Assembly: GCA_043816165.1 (NCBI GenBank)
Contig: JBDRIE010000033.1
Coordinates: 7,064-71,063 of the forward strand
Direction: 5' to 3'
Length of the DNA: 64,000 bases
From: Nitrospirota bacterium
Lineage (GTDB): Bacteria > Patescibacteriota > Gracilibacteria > UBA1369 > LOWO2-01-FULL-3
Shown here piece by piece: positions 60,525-64,000 of this stretch. Both the position numbers and the translations under genes were made by a program. The notes under the pieces were generated by a model that was given only the letters and a program-made list of their open reading frames with translations, had not been told where the DNA came from and did not search any database. Within the stretch, counting starts at the first letter, position 1. The number at the start of each line of letters is the position of its first letter.

Positions 60525-61496
60525 CTATGGGTTCCTGAGTTTTTCATATGCTCTTAGCTTCGCGCTTCTGCTCCGTGGATTCTCTGTAATCTCTTGATCT
60601 GTAGGTATTACCGGTTTTTTTGTAAGTTTTTTCACTATTGGATCGCCGAATGTTTGGTATATAGACTGTTCTTCTGTAGCAGGTGGTTTCTCCAACTCTT
60701 TAAAGAACTTCTTTACGATGCGATCTTCTAGTGAATGATAGGAAATTATGACAACCCTTCCACCTATCTTCAGGACCTCCATTGATTGTTCGAGCGTTTC
60801 TTTTAGAACGTTGAGCTCGTCGTTTACTTCGATTCGAAGGGCTTGAAATATTTTGGTGGCCGGGTGTGTTTTTGATGCTTTCTTTGATCTCTTTCTTGGG
60901 AGAATCGCCTCTAGAAACTCACCAAATTCAGTTGTTGTACTAAATTTTTTATCGTTTCTTCTAGAACATATCTCCCTGGCAGCCTTTCTAGACATTTTTT
61001 CCTCTCCATATTCGAAGAAAATTTTAGTCAATTCTTCCTCAGAGTAAGTATTTATAACTATCTCTGCAGTCAGCTCTCCTTGCGGATCAAATCTCATATC
61101 CAGAGGACCTTCTTTTGAAAAAGAGAATCCCCTACTCGCATCATCTACATGAGGAGAAGAAAGACCAAGATCAAACAAAATTGCATCAATCTGCATTTCC
61201 TGGTTGGTAGAGACACTGCGCTTCGCTGCGTGTCTGCCGGTAATCCTACTTTTCAAGTGTCGAAAATTATCGTGAATGAAATCAATTTGTTTTTCATAGT
61301 TCTTCAATCTCTTTTTTGCCTCTTCCAGGTTCCTTTCATCCTGCTCAAAAGCAATCAATCTTCCCTTTTCTCCAATGCTTCTGAGAATCTCTGCAGCATG
61401 TCCACCTAAACCTAATGTTGCGTCTACCACTACTTCTCCACCTTTCAAATTTAGATATTTTTGAACATCATTTTTTAAAACTGACACGTGTTCCAT
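60525..61496 (-). CDS. rsmH: 16S rRNA m4C1402 methyltransferase
   Basis: HVSVL, DATLGLGGH, DLGLSS, PLDMR, FQALRIEVN, SYHSLEDR, NPRSRSAKLR. Confidence 0.98.
   Translation of the reverse strand: MEHVSVLKNDVQKYLNLKGGEVVVDATLGLGGHAAEILRSIGEKGRLIAFEQDERNLEEAKKRLKNYEKQIDFIHDNFRHLKSRITGRHAAKRSVSTNQEMQIDAILFDLGLSSPHVDDASRGFSFSKEGPLDMRFDPQGELTAEIVINTYSEEELTKIFFEYGEEKMSRKAAREICSRRNDKKFSTTTEFGEFLEAILPRKRSKKASKTHPATKIFQALRIEVNDELNVLKETLEQSMEVLKIGGRVVIISYHSLEDRIVKKFFKELEKPPATEEQSIYQTFGDPIVKKLTKKPVIPTDQEITENPRSRSAKLRAYEKLRNP
61206..61238 (-). repeat. GNA-zipper hairpin in frame within rsmH
   Basis: Minus strand AGACAC-GCA-GC-GAA-GC-GCA-GTGTCT; on the plus strand the stem is preceded by GTAG. Confidence 0.75.
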
Positions 61497-61852
61497 TTCG
61501 GCTTCAAATAAAGGATTCTACCACTTTTATCTCTCTCGATGTTCAAAACTTGTGCGCAAACTGTGTATAATTTTTTTACACCACACTTATGTCTAAAACT
61601 AAGCCAAAATCCACTTTTCGTCAACATTATAAACAATGAGAAGTGCAAAAAAACTAGTCAACCCAGAGCAAAAACAAGCAACCATCAGCTAACAACGAAC
61701 AATTACCTCTTTTTGAAAATCAAATTGGCATATACCATCATTGTAGTATAACTTTTTTGAACGGGCTTATATTTAAATTCCAACATCACAATAACAAACA
61801 AATCTCTAATATTCCCTTTACCTTCCAAAAAATTAAGAGTTAAATTAAACTC

Positions 61853-62320
61853 ATGGTTCCAGAACTAATAGTCTTCTTTACAGCTATGGCTCCCTTTCTT
61901 GAGCTCAAGCTCGCAATTCCAGTAGGGATGAGCTTTGGACTTTCCACAACAACAATTTTTCTATTTGCTGTTCCGGGAGCAATCCTGCCGGGAGCCATAA
62001 TGCTAGCCTTAATCGGACCAATTTCAAGATTTTTACGAAAAAGATCTCAGTACATGGATAGATTCTTTGAAAAACTATTCAACAAAACAAGAAAAGAACA
62101 CACAAAAAGATTCAATAGATACGAAGCAATCCTTATTATAATATTAATAGCAATTCCTCTCCCCGGAAGTGGAACAAGCGTAGCCGCATTAATTGCATTC
62201 GTGTTTGGCGTCGACTACTGGAAAAGCATAACTTTAATGCTAATAGGAACAATTATCGGAGCAATACTGGTAACTGCAGGTTTCGGCTCAATTTTCAAAA
62301 TCCTGGACCTCTTCACATAA
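61853..62320 (+). CDS. COG2426 small multidrug-export-family membrane protein
   Basis: MAPFLELKLAIPVG and AIPLPGSG motifs; four TMs. Confidence 0.8.
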   Translation: MVPELIVFFTAMAPFLELKLAIPVGMSFGLSTTTIFLFAVPGAILPGAIMLALIGPISRFLRKRSQYMDRFFEKLFNKTRKEHTKRFNRYEAILIIILIAIPLPGSGTSVAALIAFVFGVDYWKSITLMLIGTIIGAILVTAGFGSIFKILDLFT

Positions 62321-62903
62321 AGAGATCTCTTGGGTCAATATCCCCCTGTCGAAGAACCTGAACATTATCCCCCACCACCTTCACAACGGTAGAAGGCTTA
62401 TTTTTCAAAATCTCACCTCCATCAACAATCAAATCAACTCCTTCCAGATCATCGGCATTATATAGAGGCTCGCCTCCCGACTTATTCGCGCTGGTAGTAG
62501 TAATGGGACTACCAAATTCACTTACCATTTTTGCACTAAAATCATCTGATGAATATCTGATAGAAACACCCTCATGCCCCTTATTCAAAAACTCTGGCAA
62601 AGACTTTTTCCTCGGAACAACTATAGACAAAGCTCCAGGCCAATATTTCTGCGCCAATTCATTAGCTTTTTCCGAAAAAACCCCATACTCCTGCGCCATA
62701 TCAAACCCATCAACCAAAATACTCAGAGGCTTATCAGCATCGCGACCTTTCAGCCTGTACAACTTCTCCAGAGCCGCTTCATTAAAAACATCCACCGCCA
62801 ACCCATAGCAAGTTTCAGTCGGATGCATCACAACTCCCCCGCTTCTCAATACATCGACTGCACGAGAAATCGCTTTCTTATCTGTTATTTTTATCTTTTC
62901 CAT
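62313..62903 (-). CDS. tsaC: Threonylcarbamoyl-AMP synthase (YrdC/Sua5)
   Basis: PTETCYGL, KGRDADKPL, WPGALS, TSANKSG, PSTVV. Confidence 0.94.
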   Translation of the reverse strand: MEKIKITDKKAISRAVDVLRSGGVVMHPTETCYGLAVDVFNEAALEKLYRLKGRDADKPLSILVDGFDMAQEYGVFSEKANELAQKYWPGALSIVVPRKKSLPEFLNKGHEGVSIRYSSDDFSAKMVSEFGSPITTTSANKSGGEPLYNADDLEGVDLIVDGGEILKNKPSTVVKVVGDNVQVLRQGDIDPRDLFM

Positions 62904-62952
62904 AAATCTTATATACATTATACTTCACCCACAAACAATAACCTTTTAAAAA

Positions 62953-63963
62953 ATGAAACCAAAAGTTGCACTAAACGGCTTCGGAAGAATAGGTCGTCAA
63001 ATTTTCCGAATAAACCTGGAAAAAGACTACTTTGACATAGTAGCAATCAACGATCTTTCAGATTCAAAAACAATGGCACATTTACTAAAATACGATTCGA
63101 ATTATGGAACTCTGAAAAATGAAGTAACCCACGAAGACAAAGACATAGTGGTTGATGGGAAAAAATACGATGTATTCACAGAAAGAGATCCTGAACAACT
63201 TCCTTGGGCTGATCTGGGAGTAGATGTAGTAATTGAAGCAACAGGAGTATTCCGAACACGCGAAGGAGCACAAAAACACATCAACGCAGGAGCAAAAAAA
63301 GTGATTCTGACCGCTCCGGGAAAAGACGAAATCGATTTCACAACAGTTTTGGGAGTCAACGATGACAAATACGATCCGGCAACCCACAACATCATCTCAA
63401 ACGCATCTTGTACAACAAACTGCCTTGCACCAATCGCAAAAGTCCTAAACGATACATTCGGAATCGAAAAAGGCCTAATGACAACAATCCACTCCTATAC
63501 AACATCACAAAAGATACTCGACATGTCAGACAAAGACCTAAGAAGAGCACGTGCCGCAGGAGAATCAATGATCCCAACAACCACAGGAGCCGCAAAAGCG
63601 GTAGCAATGGTACTCCCGGAACTCAAGGGCAAACTAAACGGAATGGCAATCAGAATCCCAACTCCAACAGTTTCTCTCGTAGATCTAACCTTTGTATCCG
63701 GAAAATCAACTACAGTAGAAGAGGTTAACGCGGCATTGAAATCCGCAGCAGACGGTCCAATGAAAGGATATCTCGGCTACAGCACAGAACCGTTAGTCTC
63801 AATTGACTACAAAGGAAACCAAAACTCATCAACAGTCGACGCCCTCTCCACAGAAGTAATCGGCGATAACCTCGTCAAAGTCCTCTCCTGGTACGACAAC
63901 GAATGGGGCTACAGCTCAAGAGTTGTGGATTTGGTGAAAATGATTGGAGACCGCGCAGCATAG
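62953..63963 (+). CDS. gap: Glyceraldehyde-3-phosphate dehydrogenase (type I)
   Basis: [35 protein letters not shown]. Confidence 0.97.
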   Translation: MKPKVALNGFGRIGRQIFRINLEKDYFDIVAINDLSDSKTMAHLLKYDSNYGTLKNEVTHEDKDIVVDGKKYDVFTERDPEQLPWADLGVDVVIEATGVFRTREGAQKHINAGAKKVILTAPGKDEIDFTTVLGVNDDKYDPATHNIISNASCTTNCLAPIAKVLNDTFGIEKGLMTTIHSYTTSQKILDMSDKDLRRARAAGESMIPTTTGAAKAVAMVLPELKGKLNGMAIRIPTPTVSLVDLTFVSGKSTTVEEVNAALKSAADGPMKGYLGYSTEPLVSIDYKGNQNSSTVDALSTEVIGDNLVKVLSWYDNEWGYSSRVVDLVKMIGDRAA

Positions 63964-63997
63964 GCTCGCAGAGTCAGTTCCCCCCGCCAAGGCGGGG
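63964..63997. repeat. GNA mini-hairpin plus CCCCGCC-AA-GGCGGGG palindrome after gap
   Basis: GCTC-GCA-GAGT (63964-63974) and a palindrome at 63982-63997. Confidence 0.75.
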
Positions 63998-64000
63998 CAG

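Noticed and set aside
1-64000. UGA-to-Gly recoding (code 25) as in Gracilibacteria/SR1
   Set aside because: Conserved genes are full length in code 11 and several end at TGA at the expected position (ftsH, gltX, hsp20).

Overview
A 64-kb AT-rich chromosomal segment in genetic code 11 (TGA acts as stop). It most likely comes from a Patescibacteria/CPR bacterium. Peregrinibacteria-like is an inference from the gene mix: type IV pilus cluster, ComEC, SLH proteins, purL/purQ, pta-ackA, class II RNR and few Shine-Dalgarno sites. Most of the window is housekeeping: metG (partial, missing from the ORF track), pilN/O/C with four minor pilins, tilS-ftsH-hsp20-galU, formiminotransferase, RNase P RNA, secA, purL/Q, ftsK, gltX, pta/ackA, rpmH (missing from the ORF track)-rnpA-yidC-jag, tRNA-Glu, iscS, nrdJ with two NrdR boxes, comEC, LCP, dac, mraY, an ECF sigma/FecR-type pair, a ferritin, a fba-gap-fbp operon, ftsL-rsmH, tsaC and a second gap. 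The strongest unexplained signal is a dispersed set of tiny GC-rich hairpin modules of two kinds: CCCGCC-N2-4-GGCGGG palindromes, and C-GNA-G-capped hairpins with G.A/(GNA)2 internal motifs. They occupy helices of the RNase P RNA, flank the tRNA and gene ends, and sit in frame inside four proteins (pilin leader, FBPase, aldolase tail, RsmH). Other notable points are a 164-bp MITE-like palindrome, a probable clan CD (caspase-fold) protease, repeated leaderless promoter architecture, and a probably NADP-preferring gluconeogenic GAPDH. All calls come from reading the sequence; no searches were run.
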